This document shows positions 1-10,840 of a stretch of DNA of 64,000 nt, in pieces (the stretch's first letter is position 1; each line of letters starts with the position of its first letter). The stretch is from an uncultured Chloroflexia bacterium (GTDB lineage: Bacteria; Chloroflexota; Anaerolineae; Anaerolineales; Anaerolineaceae): the NCBI GenBank assembly GCA_963751635.1, contig CAVVVE010000002.1:278026-342025 (forward strand), given 5' to 3'. Both the position numbers and the translations under genes were made by a program. The notes beneath the pieces are model-generated. The model saw only the letters and a list, made by a program, of their open reading frames with translations. It was not told the DNA's origin and made no database searches.

Positions 1-894
1 TATATATGGATATTCAGTAACCGAATTAATATAGCCAGGAATTGTTTTAGAATTTTCCCATCGCGTTTTTCTATAATGGCTATGCGCTCCTGCGCCAAAT
101 CCCAGATAATCCAGATTCCGCCAGTATTGAAGGTTATGCAGGCACTGGTTATTTCCCTCCCGCGCCCAATTGGAAATTTCATATTGGCTGAATCCGGATT
201 TTTTTAGATATTCCATCGCCATGAGATACATATCCGCTGCCAGGTCCTCATCCGGTTCTGGCAAAAGCTTGTTTTCAATTTGTTTTGCCAAAGGCGTTCC
301 ATCCTCAACCGAAAGCGCATAAAGCGAAAGGTGGCTGGGAAATAAACCAACCGCAGCCTCCAAGGTTTGACGAAATGATTTTAAAGACTGGTGAGGAATT
401 CCAAAAATAAGGTCCAGGTTGATGTTGGAAAAGCCCGCTTTTCCGGCATTCTTCACGCTGATTTCCACGTCTTCAAAGGAGTGGCTTCTGCCGAGAATCT
501 TTAAATCTGTTGCGGAAGCGGATTGCATCCCAAGGCTGAGGCGGTTGAAACCAAGATCATTTATCTCTTTAAGGTATTCATCCGAAAGACAGCCGGGATT
601 TGCTTCTGTGCTAATTTCGATATCCGGAACGCAGACAAACCTATCTCTGATACTTTTAATGATTCTTCCCAGCTGTTTTGATGAAAGCAAGTTGGGCGTC
701 CCACCGCCAAAATAAATTGTATGGACCAGATAGCTGCCATCAACCTTTTTTGAAGTCCTTGAAATTTCCTCAATGACTGCGTTGACATAAGGCGCCATCA
801 GATAGTCGAAGCCCGCATATGTGTTAAAATCGCAATAGCCGCAGCGCGTCCTGCAAAACGGCACATGAATATAAATGCTTATTAAATCACTCAT
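1..894 (-). CDS. hemW: Radical SAM heme chaperone HemW/HemN-like (runs off window start)
   Basis: Hand translation from ATG 894: MSDLISIYIHVPFCRTRCGYCDFNTYAG (CxxxCxxC), then YFGGGTP, RLSLGMQS, INLDLIFGIP, HLSLYAL, YEISNW. Absent from the ORF track because its stop is outside the window. Confidence 0.9.
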   Translation of the reverse strand, partial: MSDLISIYIHVPFCRTRCGYCDFNTYAGFDYLMAPYVNAVIEEISRTSKKVDGSYLVHTIYFGGGTPNLLSSKQLGRIIKSIRDRFVCVPDIEISTEANPGCLSDEYLKEINDLGFNRLSLGMQSASATDLKILGRSHSFEDVEISVKNAGKAGFSNINLDLIFGIPHQSLKSFRQTLEAAVGLFPSHLSLYALSVEDGTPLAKQIENKLLPEPDEDLAADMYLMAMEYLKKSGFSQYEISNWAREGNNQCLHNLQYWRNLDYLGFGAGAHSHYRKTRWENSKTIPGYINSVTEYPYI

Positions 895-977
895 CAGATT
901 TGCCTAATCATACCCAAGATTCTATCCACTTGACCAAAATGGTATAATGATTCGATTTTTTGAGGTAAAACCTGCCT

Positions 978-2123
978 ATGGCACCTGAATTGAATTCCCA
1001 AACAAAAATATGCCCAACCTGCGGCACAAAGCTGGCTGAAAATGCTTCGCGCTGCCTGGTATGCGGGCGAACATTTACTGTGAAATCCGCACCTAAAACC
1101 AGGCAGACTGTGCAAGCCCAGAGACTACCCGAACTGAAACTAAGCCTGCCTTTGGCAATTGGTTTGCTTTTTATTATCCTGGCAGTCGGCGGCGGTTTGA
1201 TCTTCATGATACTGAGGGGAACCGGCCAGGTTGCCGCGCCTGAAGCGACAGCCACTGCCAGCCCGTCGCCGACCTTTGAACAAAGCCCGACACCGACCAT
1301 CACATCCACGCCCGAACCAACCTTCACGCCCCTGCCTCCAAAGGACTACCAGGTGCGCGCTGGGGATACCTGCAGCCTGATCGCGGTGATTTTTGAAGTA
1401 ACAGTAAAAAGCATCGCGGATTTAAATAATCTCGCACCCGACTGCGGCATCCTGTCGGAAGGGCAAACTCTGAAAGTACCCCAACCCACTCCCACCGCCT
1501 CACCCGTGGCAACCAGTACCCTGAGCGTGAACCAGGCAACTGAATCCGCCTGCCAGAAAATTGAATACCGTGTGGGTGACAATGACACCTTGAGCGGCAT
1601 CGCAGCCAATTACGCGGTGAGTGTTGAGACCTTAAAAACTTATAACGGGCTGACCTCGAATAACATTTTTACAGGCCAGGTTATCACTATCCCGCTTTGC
1701 GAACGCCTGCCAACTGCCGGCCCTACCCCTACAGCCACACTTCCACCGCCCTATCCGCCAGCCAACCTGCTGCTGCCCGCAGACGGCACAATTTTTACAG
1801 GCACAAATGATACCGTCACCCTGCAATGGGCTGCCATTGGCGGCATGTTGGAGGGAGAATCATACGCGGTCACCATCGAAGACCTTACTGAAGGCCAGGG
1901 CAAGAAACTGGTGGATTACACCAATGATACCAAATACATTGTCCCGGTCACGTTCCGGCCAATAGAAAACGCACCCCATATCATTCGCTGGTGGATTCAG
2001 CCTGTGCGCCAATCCGGTACAACCGAAGCCGGCGATGCTATCTGGGTGCCTGCTGGTTCGCAAAGCATTCCACGCGTCTTTTCATGGTCCGGCATCGGGG
2101 CAGCGGTTACCCAAGCGCCTTAA
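978..2123 (+). CDS. Membrane-anchored LysM peptidoglycan-binding protein with N-terminal zinc ribbon
   Basis: CPTC..CLVC ribbon, one TM helix, PT-rich linkers, two LysM repeats (YQVRAGDTCSLIA, YRVGDNDTLSGIA), C-terminal beta-rich domain. TGGTATAAT extended -10 near 940. Confidence 0.85.
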   Translation: MAPELNSQTKICPTCGTKLAENASRCLVCGRTFTVKSAPKTRQTVQAQRLPELKLSLPLAIGLLFIILAVGGGLIFMILRGTGQVAAPEATATASPSPTFEQSPTPTITSTPEPTFTPLPPKDYQVRAGDTCSLIAVIFEVTVKSIADLNNLAPDCGILSEGQTLKVPQPTPTASPVATSTLSVNQATESACQKIEYRVGDNDTLSGIAANYAVSVETLKTYNGLTSNNIFTGQVITIPLCERLPTAGPTPTATLPPPYPPANLLLPADGTIFTGTNDTVTLQWAAIGGMLEGESYAVTIEDLTEGQGKKLVDYTNDTKYIVPVTFRPIENAPHIIRWWIQPVRQSGTTEAGDAIWVPAGSQSIPRVFSWSGIGAAVTQAP

Positions 2124-2129
2124 AAAACC

Positions 2130-2164
2130 AAAAGGAGCTCAATAAGAGCTCCTTTTATTTTTTT
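2130..2164. terminator. Bidirectional intrinsic terminator
   Basis: AAAAGGAGCTC-AATAA-GAGCTCCTTTT followed by T-rich tract, between convergent genes. Confidence 0.85.
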
Positions 2165-2177
2165 ATTAAAGAATTTT

Positions 2178-3108
2178 TTATTCGTTTTCCAGAAAGCGCG
2201 TCGCCTCAATGGCCGATGCAGCACCCATCCCGGCTGACGTCACCACCTGGCGGTAATGCGGATCGCAAACTTCGCCGGCGGCAAAAACACCAGGGATTTT
2301 CGTTCGCAGGCGATTATCGACTTTAATATACCCTTTTTCATCCAGTTCTAACTTATCCCTAAATAAATCGGTGTTCGGCGTGTGCCCAATAAAGACAAAG
2401 ACGCCATCCATTTCCATTTCTTTTTCGGCGCCATCATTGACATTCTGCAAAACAATGCTGCTTACCCCTTCCCCGCCTTTAATTTCGCTAAGGACAGTAT
2501 CCCAGATGAAATGGATTTTGGGATTGTCCTTCGCGCGTTTTTGAAGAATTACCCCAGCCCGCAATTCGTTTCGCCGGTGGATAATCGTCACCCCGGTTGC
2601 ATAACGTGTCAGGAATATCGCTTCTTCAAGCGCGCTGTCGCCGCCGCCAACAACCGCGACATTCTTGCCTTTAAAAAACCAGCCATCGCAGGTCGCGCAA
2701 TAAGAGACACCCCTGCCCCGGAATGTATTTTCACCGGGGATGTTCAATTTATTGGAACTCGCACCTGTACTGATGATCAGTGTTTTGGCGAAAAACTCTT
2801 TGCTGTAAGTTTTAACCTTTAAAGGGGCTGTTCGAAAGGTCCACCTCTGTGGCAGCGTCATACTCCAAGCGCGCACCGAACCGTTCGGCGTTTTTTTGGA
2901 ACAGATCCGCCAGTTCCGAACCCCCCACACCTTCCGGAAAACCAGGATAGTTCTCAATGCGGTCTGTCAGCGCAGCCTGGCCGCCTATTTCGGTACCAGT
3001 CAAGACCAGCGGATGTAGGTCCGCACGTGCCGCATAAAGCGCCGCAGAAAAACCCGCCGGGCCAGTTCCAAGAATGATGACTTCCTCGATTACTTTTTCT
3101 TCTGCCAT
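2178..3108 (-). CDS. trxB: Thioredoxin-disulfide reductase (one frameshift near 2820)
   Basis: IILGTGPAG, ENYPGF, CATCDG active site, VVGGGDSALEEA, VFVFIGHTPN. Formed from ORFs 2812..3108 and 2178..2957. Confidence 0.93.
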
Positions 3109-3235
3109 ATACTTTCCCTTGAGTTGATTTGATGTGAAATTGATGCTGAATATCTACCGAAATACTATATCATTTATCTAAGCAGTGTGTTAATTTCATA
3201 TATCAATTATTATAGATTTTGAATAATCTTAAGGA

Positions 3236-4012
3236 ATGAAAATGAAACCATTTGAAGGTAAAGCTGCATTAATTACCGGTTCAGGCCGCGGAATCGGGAG
3301 CGCCATTGCCATCCATTTTGCAGAGCTCGGGGCTGATATCGTTATCAATTATATTCATAACCAACAGCCTGCTGATGAGACTGCGGAAAAAATCCGATCT
3401 TTTGGAAGAAAAACACTGGTTGTGCGCGCCAACATCGGCAAACCAGAAGGACTTGAAAAATTATTCAAAGCGGTGGAAGGCGAATTTGGGAAGTTGGACT
3501 TTTACATTTCCAATGCCGCTTCTGGCTTTAACCGGCCTGCAATGGATCAAAAAGAAAGCGGTTGGGAGCATACACTTAATGTCAATGCCAAGGCTTTCCT
3601 GTTCGGCGCACAATACGCAGCCCCCCTTATGGACAAGGCAGGCGGCGGAAAAATGGTTGCCATTACAAGTCCTGGTGCGGAACGCGTCCTGCCGGATTAT
3701 GTGGCGGTTGGAGCCAGCAAAGCCGCGCTAAATGCTCTGATCAGGTATCTCGCTGTCGAGCTGGCACCCAGGAATATTGCCGTAAACGGGATTGCGCCCG
3801 GGGTTGTTGAAACCGGTGCATTGGCGCATTTTGCCTTTATGGAGGACAAAGACGTGCTTGCGCGGGCAATCACAAACACTCCCGCAGGACGGCTGGTCAC
3901 CCCCCGAGATGTGGCTGAGGTTGCTGCTTTTCTGTGCAGCCCTTCTGCGGATATGATCCGCGGACAAATCATCACAGTGGACGGCGGTCATACCCTGCCT
4001 GTGCCAGGGTGA
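3236..4012 (+). CDS. fabL: SDR oxidoreductase, enoyl-ACP reductase FabL-like
   Basis: TGSGRGIG, SNAASG, YVAVGASK (Y-x6-K spacing of enoyl reductases), RYLAVELAP. Confidence 0.7.
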   Translation: MKMKPFEGKAALITGSGRGIGSAIAIHFAELGADIVINYIHNQQPADETAEKIRSFGRKTLVVRANIGKPEGLEKLFKAVEGEFGKLDFYISNAASGFNRPAMDQKESGWEHTLNVNAKAFLFGAQYAAPLMDKAGGGKMVAITSPGAERVLPDYVAVGASKAALNALIRYLAVELAPRNIAVNGIAPGVVETGALAHFAFMEDKDVLARAITNTPAGRLVTPRDVAEVAAFLCSPSADMIRGQIITVDGGHTLPVPG

Positions 4013-4649
4013 TTATTCCGAGGTCAGAACTGCACGAACCGGCGCCCCATCCGTACCGACCAGACTTAATGGCAGGCAGAAAAGGGTATAAAATCCCGGT
4101 TCTACATTTACCAAACAGGCATTCTCAAGAATCACAATTCCCGCTTTTAAAAGTATCTGATGTGGGGCAACCAGGTCGTTGTAGGGCGATATCGAAAAAT
4201 AATCGATCCCAATCAGGGAAACGCTTTCATCGATCAGGAATCTTGCCGCGCTGGAGTCAATCGCTGAAAAATTCCTGTCGAACTGATGCGGTTTTTTTAA
4301 CCAATTTTCCGAATTCCTGGTTTTCAGCAACAGCCGCTCAGTATTCTTTTTGAAACCGGATTCAAGCAGAACATCATCGGTGATCAAGTTTAATCGATTC
4401 ATCAATTTTTAAAACCTGGACAGGGCCGATCAGCTTATCAAGCGGAATTTTATCAACGGTATAGCCTTGATCAAATAAATGAAAAGGCGCGTCAATATGG
4501 GTTCCGGCGTGAACACCAAATTCTGCGCGCGAAATATTAAAATCAGAGCCATTGTTTAGATACTCAGTCTGCTCGATATGGACGCCTTTATCGCCTTCCC
4601 AAACCAGCGTATCATCAGACAATGGCAGTGTGATATCAATGATTTTCAT
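4013..4649 (-). CDS. Cyclase family protein (KynB/arylformamidase-like), frameshift near 4390
   Basis: HAGTHIDAPFH motif, LLLKTRNS, IGIDYFS, ILENACL, C-terminal DGAPVRAVL. Confidence 0.88.
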
Positions 4650-4749
4650 GACGGTCTCCTCAATCAGGAAATTCTACCTGAATATCAATCCGATAGATAA
4701 TGAGAGGGGATGTATTTATAATTGAAGTGTTTTTTGAAGGAGAAATTTT

Positions 4750-5911
4750 ATGCGCGAAGTCGCGGTGATAGGGATCGGTCAAACCGAGATCGGCGAACAT
4801 TGGGAGAAATCTCTGCGTGAACTGGCGGGCGAAGCAGTACTTAATGCAATGGCCGATGCGGGTTTGGATTATTTTGACGGCCTGTATGTCGGCAATATGA
4901 TGTCCGCCACCGCCAATCACCAGCAGCATCTGGGCGCTTATATCGCTGATTGGGTTGGGCAGCGCGGCAAGGAAGCATTCCGGCTCGAATCTGCCTGCAG
5001 TTCCGGGGCGGCAGCTTTCCGCGCGGCCTTGATCGCGGTCGCATCCGGTGACATTGATGTCGCTGTCGCTGTCGGGGTTGAAAAAATGACCGATTCCCCT
5101 TCAACAGAAATCACTGCCAGCCTGGCGACCGCCGCGGATGGGGACTGGGAGGTCAGCCAGGGTGTCTCTTTTGTGGCGCTGAACGCACTGATCATGCAGC
5201 GCTATTTGCATGAATACGGCTGGCAGCGCAGCGATTTTGCGAATTTTTCAATCAACGCGCATGCCAACGCGATGCATAATCCTTTTGCCCGCTTTCATAT
5301 GCTGCTGACTGAAAAACAATTTGATGAAGCCGGGGTGATCTGTGATCCGATTACATTGATGGACGCGTCTCCAATTGGCGATGGGGCAGCTGCAGTGATG
5401 CTTGTTCCTGTCGAGAAGCTTATTCCCATTACCAAATAAACCCGTCATCCGTGTTGCCGGATCAGGGGCAGCCAGCGATACAATCGCCGTGCATGACCGA
5501 AAAGATCCGTTATGGCTGACCGCGGCAGAACGCTCATCCAAAGACGCGTATTCCCAGGCAGGCATTGATCCTGTCAGTATTGATTTTTTTGAATATCACG
5601 ATGCATTTACTATCATGGCTGCCCTATCGCTGGAAGCCAGTGGATTTGCTGAAAGAGGCAAAGGGCCGCGCCTGGCGTTGGACAACGAGATAAGCAAAAG
5701 CGGGAAAATCCCGGTAGCAACGCTTGGCGGATTGAAAGCCCGGGGCCATCCGGTTGGCGCCACCGGCATGTACCAGATTGCCGAAGTAGTGACGCAATTG
5801 CGCGGGCAGGCCGGTGAAGCCCAGGTGGACGGCGCTAAATGGGGTATGGCGCAGAACATCGGTGGCAGCGGTTCAAATATCATCACCCATATCCTGACCA
5901 ATGCCGGCTGA
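4750..5911 (+). CDS. Thiolase (archaeal/SCP-x-like acetyl-CoA acetyltransferase), frameshift near 5430
   Basis: ESACSSG catalytic Cys, GVEKMTD, SPIGDGAAA, EYHDAF, GHPVGATG, QNIGG. Confidence 0.88.
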
Positions 5912-6771
5912 GAAAGTCATTCGCCTTGAGAAGCTGCGGGAGTATCAGGCGGAGACTTTTTATTTCCTTCCCCGCAAACGCCTGCGCAGCAAACAAGATG
6001 CAATTGATTTTGTAAACACGCGCGGCGCAGTTTTTTTCTGGCCGATTCAAGGCATACGTTTTCCAAGCCTTTGGGGAGGCGTGGCGGGTGACCGGCTTGT
6101 GCCAAATAACCATGATGATCCTGCTCATGTCACCTGGGGCTGGAAAGATGATCTGCTGGGCAAGAAGGTCTGGTTCTATGCCAAGATCCTCAGGCAAAAA
6201 AGCACCATCCTGTCTCTTGATCTCCTCCCATATTTCTATGCGCTATCGCCGAATTATCGGGAATCCTGAAGAAGATTACAGGATAAGCTATGAAGAAGGC
6301 GTCTTGAGCAGTGAGGAAAAACTTGTCTATGAAGCGCTGCTGAAGAACGGCCCACTGGATACACTAAGTCTGCGCAAGGCAGCTGCACTGGCATCCAGCG
6401 AGAACACCTCCCGGTTCAACCGCGCCCTACTGCTTTTGCAGCGCGATTTTCGCATTCTGCCGGTCGGGATCGCTGAAAGCGGCGCCTGGCATTATGCATT
6501 TATTTTTGAAGCAGTACACCGCCAATTTCCGGAGCTCAGCGACCAGGCTCATGAAATCAGTGAAGCCGCGGCACGCTGCGAGATTCTGAAGTCATATTTT
6601 CTCTCGGTTGGTTCTGCGGTCAAAAATGATATTAAAAAACTTTTCCAATGGGCTGATTTTTCTATTGACAGAACACTAAGAAAATTGATTGAAGAAAATT
6701 TCATCGTTGAAGGTGTCCAGATCAAAGATCATGCGGGAGATTGGTTTACAATAAAAGAATTAATCGACTGA
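5901..6771 (+). CDS. YcaQ/AlkZ-related crosslink-repair DNA glycosylase-like winged-helix protein, frameshift near 6260
   Basis: FPSLWGGVAG..WGWKDDL..WFYAKILRQKST, GPLDTLSLRK, LQRDFRILPVG resemble AlkZ-related proteins. Confidence 0.6.
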
Positions 6772-6804
6772 ACTCAATCACTGATATATAAATACCTTTT
6801 AACC

Positions 6805-8507
6805 ATGAATCCACTTCCAAATCCTTCTGATGGCAAAAGATCACTTATAACTGCTGACTGGCAGCGCAATTTGGTTCTGATAGCCAAAAATACGCCTGTC
6901 TGGCTGGCGCAATTGAGCAAGGAATATCAGCGTGACATTCAGACGCTGGACCAAATTCCTGATGAAGAGTTGGACATGCTGATCCATTTTGGAATAAATG
7001 GTTTATGGCTGGTGGGCGTCTGGCAGCGCAGCCCTGCTTCGAAAAAAATTAAACGTCTGTACGGTTATGACCAATTGATTGCTTCCGCATACTCAATATA
7101 TGACTACAAAATCTCGAAGAATTTAGGCGGTGATTCTGCCTACCTGAAGCTAAAAAGAAGAGCATTAAAAAAAGGCATCTATCTGGCGTGTGATATGGTG
7201 CCCAACCATACCGCGCTTGACTCCCCCTGGCTTATCAACCATCCGGAATATTACATTCACACCGCAGTTAAACCCCACCCCGCCTGGAAATTTGAATCCC
7301 CTGACCTCTCGAGCGATCCCTCTGTATCCATCCGCCTTGAAGACGGTTATTACACCCGGACCAACACAGCCGAGGTTTTTCAATACCAGGCTAAAAAGAA
7401 AGAAAATCCCCTTTATATTTTTCACGGCAATGATGGAACCAGCATGCCCTGGAATGATACAGCAGCAGCTTAATTATCTCAATCCTGAAACCAGGAAGGT
7501 CATGAAGGCAAACATCATTGCGGTTGCCAAAAACTTTAATATTGTTCGCATGGATGCGGCCATGACCATCCTCAAACAGCATTTCAAGCGCCTCTGGTAT
7601 CCGGATGCAGGTGCTCACAAGAATATCCCAACCCGCATTGCAAATGTATTGACCCAGTCTGAATTCGATGCATTAATGCCAGATGAATTCTGGAGTGAAG
7701 TCCTCGAGGACCTTACTCGTGAAGCGCCGGATACTCTTATCCTTGCTGAAGCATTCTGGATGATGGAAAAATATTTCGTAAAATCGCTGGGGATGCACCG
7801 GGTGTATAACAGTGCCTTTTTAAACCATCTGCGCAATGGGGATAATAAAAAATTCCGAAATTACATGCTTGAAATTTTGGGCAGCGACCGCTATATGCTC
7901 GATAGCTTTGTGAATTACCTGACAACGCCTGATGAAAGCCCGGCTGCTGTTGCTTTTGGAAAAGGAAAGAAATATTTCGGCGTATGTGGATTGATGGCTG
8001 TTTTACCAGGCCTGCCTCTGATCGGACACGGGCAGCTCACCGGATTTTCCGAGCAATATGGCATGGACTTTGGCCTTCCAATGCATGCTGAAATTCCTGA
8101 TCAGCAATTCATGAGAGAGCATGACAAGCTAATCTCACCGCTGCTGCATAAGCGCAGCCGGTTTACAAACAGCAAGAATCTGCGAATGTACGATTTTAAA
8201 AATAAATCATCCAAACTGGATGAAAACGTTTATATACTCACCAATAAGGTCAATTCGGTGAAGACATTGATTATCTTTAATAATCAAGCGAAAAAAGCCA
8301 TCGGCAGTGTTAAACAGTACCTCCAGGATACATGGATCCAAGGGCGCAAAATTAGCTCAATTTTTACATTCCAACAGGAAATCTCAGGTAACATTGAGAG
8401 AAATCAGGCTTGGCAGTGAACAAAGAATATCAGCCGAAAAATTGATGACAAATGGATTAGAGCTTCATCTGAAGCCCTATGACTTTTTTGTATATGATGT
8501 GAGCTGA
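6805..8507 (+). CDS. Alpha-amylase family (GH13) protein, frameshifts near 7465 and 8360
   Basis: GLWLVGVWQRS, DMVPNHT, HGNDGTSMPWNDT, VRMDAAM nucleophile, LAEAFW acid/base. Confidence 0.82.
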
Positions 8508-8512
8508 TTTAA

Positions 8513-9403
8513 TCAGCCCGAAAGATAGTCCAAATGATTCTGCAGCCGCCCCGGCAGTATTGCAAAATTCCTCGGCAGCGAATCCAGGGGACAGGTCCTG
8601 TCCATCGCCAATAAATCCAGCCAGCGTGTGGATAAGGGGAAACTGCCTTTGTACGGCTTGAACCACAGGTTAATAATTCTAAGGTAGGCGGGAGAGAGCT
8701 GGAAAAGAAACTTATTCTTATTGATAATGCGCATTATTTTTTTGGCAATTTCGAAGAATTCAAAAAACTCTCCGCCGCCGATCTCAAAAATCTCACTATT
8801 AAAGCGCTTTGTTTCCAGAATGAGCATGATCACGGAAACCAGGTCTTCAATCCATAGCGGCTGCACAATGGCTTTTCCGCCGCCCGGGTAAGGCAAAACC
8901 AGCGGTGCATGGCGAATGGCAGCCGCAATCTCGGTGGTGAAATGGTCATTAATCCCAAAGACGTCGGTTAATCGAAGCGTACAAAATGGAATTTCACTTT
9001 TGCGCACCTCTTCGTCAGCCAGAGCTTTAGCCCTCAGGACGGGGTAGGAAGAACTTTTATCCGCACCGACCCGCCCCAGAAAAAGGATGTTCTTTACCCC
9101 AACTTCTCTGGCAGCGGAAATCAGGCTCTGCGTCCCGCGGACATCCACACTTTCCAGGTCAGCGTCCCGCCCCTGATGCTCGGCAGTCGCGAAATGCAGG
9201 ATGGTATCCACATTTCTTAAGGCTGCGCGAATTCCGCGTTCATCCTCCATGTTGCTGACAGCGATATCCAAAGAAATATTCTTTGGCAAACTGGGAGATT
9301 TACGGTGCGGGCGCAGCAAAATACGGATCTCTTCCCGCGACTGGATAAGCTGCCTCACCACCCTGCTGCCGATAAAACCCGTGCCACCCGTCACCAAAAT
9401 CAT
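8513..9403 (-). CDS. NAD-dependent epimerase/NDUFA9-like atypical SDR
   Basis: MILVTGGTGFIG; YPVLRAKALAD, QPLWIEDL, FEIGG. Start re-placed to ATG 9403, 7 nt after TATAAT. Confidence 0.8.
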   Translation of the reverse strand: MILVTGGTGFIGSRVVRQLIQSREEIRILLRPHRKSPSLPKNISLDIAVSNMEDERGIRAALRNVDTILHFATAEHQGRDADLESVDVRGTQSLISAAREVGVKNILFLGRVGADKSSSYPVLRAKALADEEVRKSEIPFCTLRLTDVFGINDHFTTEIAAAIRHAPLVLPYPGGGKAIVQPLWIEDLVSVIMLILETKRFNSEIFEIGGGEFFEFFEIAKKIMRIINKNKFLFQLSPAYLRIINLWFKPYKGSFPLSTRWLDLLAMDRTCPLDSLPRNFAILPGRLQNHLDYLSG

Positions 9404-9488
9404 GCTGGCGATTATAGCAGACTTGAATTCCAGGGATGGCATACAACTTGTAACAGTATGAATGACATTAATTTATTTAACCCAAATC

Positions 9489-10840
9489 ATGGAACATCAA
9501 CCGAAAAAAAACTATCATCTGCCCAACCGGTTTGGATTTCATTATTTTCCGGATTGCCAGCATTATGCGGAAAAAGACATCCAACGCTGGCTGCCCGCCT
9601 TAAAAGAGGTCAATGCCCAATGGCTGGTCCTCCAGTCGCCGATAAACCGAGCAATTTCGGAAGATTTCATCCGAACTTTTTCGGAAAGCGGAATTCAATC
9701 TTGTAATCGATTTCAACTCCCTGCTTTCCACCGCGGTAGACTGGCATGACCTTGAACTGCTTCTATCAAACTACGGAAAATGGGGCGCCAAATACGCGAT
9801 GCTCAATCAATATCCGAACCAACAGGCATCCTGGGCGCACAATCAATGGGGCAATTCCGACTTGATCGATTCAGTCATAACCGAATTCATCCAGTTCGGA
9901 ACGCATTGCCTTGAAAACGGCATCCGACCGGTTTTTCCACTGCTCACCCCGGGAGGCGATTACTGGGACCTTGCCTTTTTAAAAATAGCGCTTGTAAAGC
10001 TCAAAGAGAAAGCGCCGCTGTCCATCCAAAACAATTTTGTCTTATCAGCGGCTGCCTGGGATTGGGGAAAACAACTTGATTGGGGCGCGGGTGGACAGGA
10101 ACGCTGGCCAAAAGTAAAACCTTATAAACTCCCTCAGGAAAGCCAGAACCAGCTTGGATTCAGGACCTTTGAATGGTACGCCCAAATTGCCAGCGCAGTA
10201 TTTGGGAAAAGCATCCCGATTTTACTGCTGCAGGCAGGCATTACAAAATTTTCAACTGATCCGGAAGAAAACGTAGAGCCAGCGGATCTGGAAAAATTAA
10301 TCGCCATTTACAGGCTTCTCAAAGGCGAGAATGTTTACGAAGGGATGGGTAATTCCAGCCTCCTGCAGCCAATTTCCGCGGATGTGATCGGCTGCTGTTT
10401 TTACCTGCTCGCTTCAGAATCGCCCGCGCACAACGCTTGCCGCTGGTATTCAGCCGACGGATTGCGCCTTCCCCCAGCCCAGGCTATCCATTTCATCGAA
10501 AATGGCAAGCAGGAGCAAATAGAAGAAAATAGTAATGAAAAGCCTTCATCCAAAGTCAGTTTTCTAGCACAATCGTTATATTCTCATTTCCCCTGCGTTG
10601 GAGTCCGATGCTTCAATAATTCTGGAACTGCTTCACCCCTATATCGCCAAATTCAGGCCGATGATCGGTTTTTCGGTTGAGGATGCCGCTGAATCAGCCA
10701 TGGTCCTGGCCGTTCTCCCTGACGATGGCTCAGAACCACCCAAATTTGAAATTCTCAAAAACAACGGCAGCCTGGTGAAAATCATCCATCCGGGCGAGAT
10801 TCCCGCTTATCTGAAGGAGTTAGACCATGCCATCCAATAA
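9489..10840 (+). CDS. Hypothetical protein with possible glycoside-hydrolase-like TIM barrel (frameshifts near 9700 and 10565)
   Basis: Joined ORFs 9462..9749, 9799..10680 and 10598..10840. GFHYFPD, PGGDYWD, LDWGAGGQERWP, NQLGFRTFEWY. Overlaps the ftsZ start. Confidence 0.55.
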
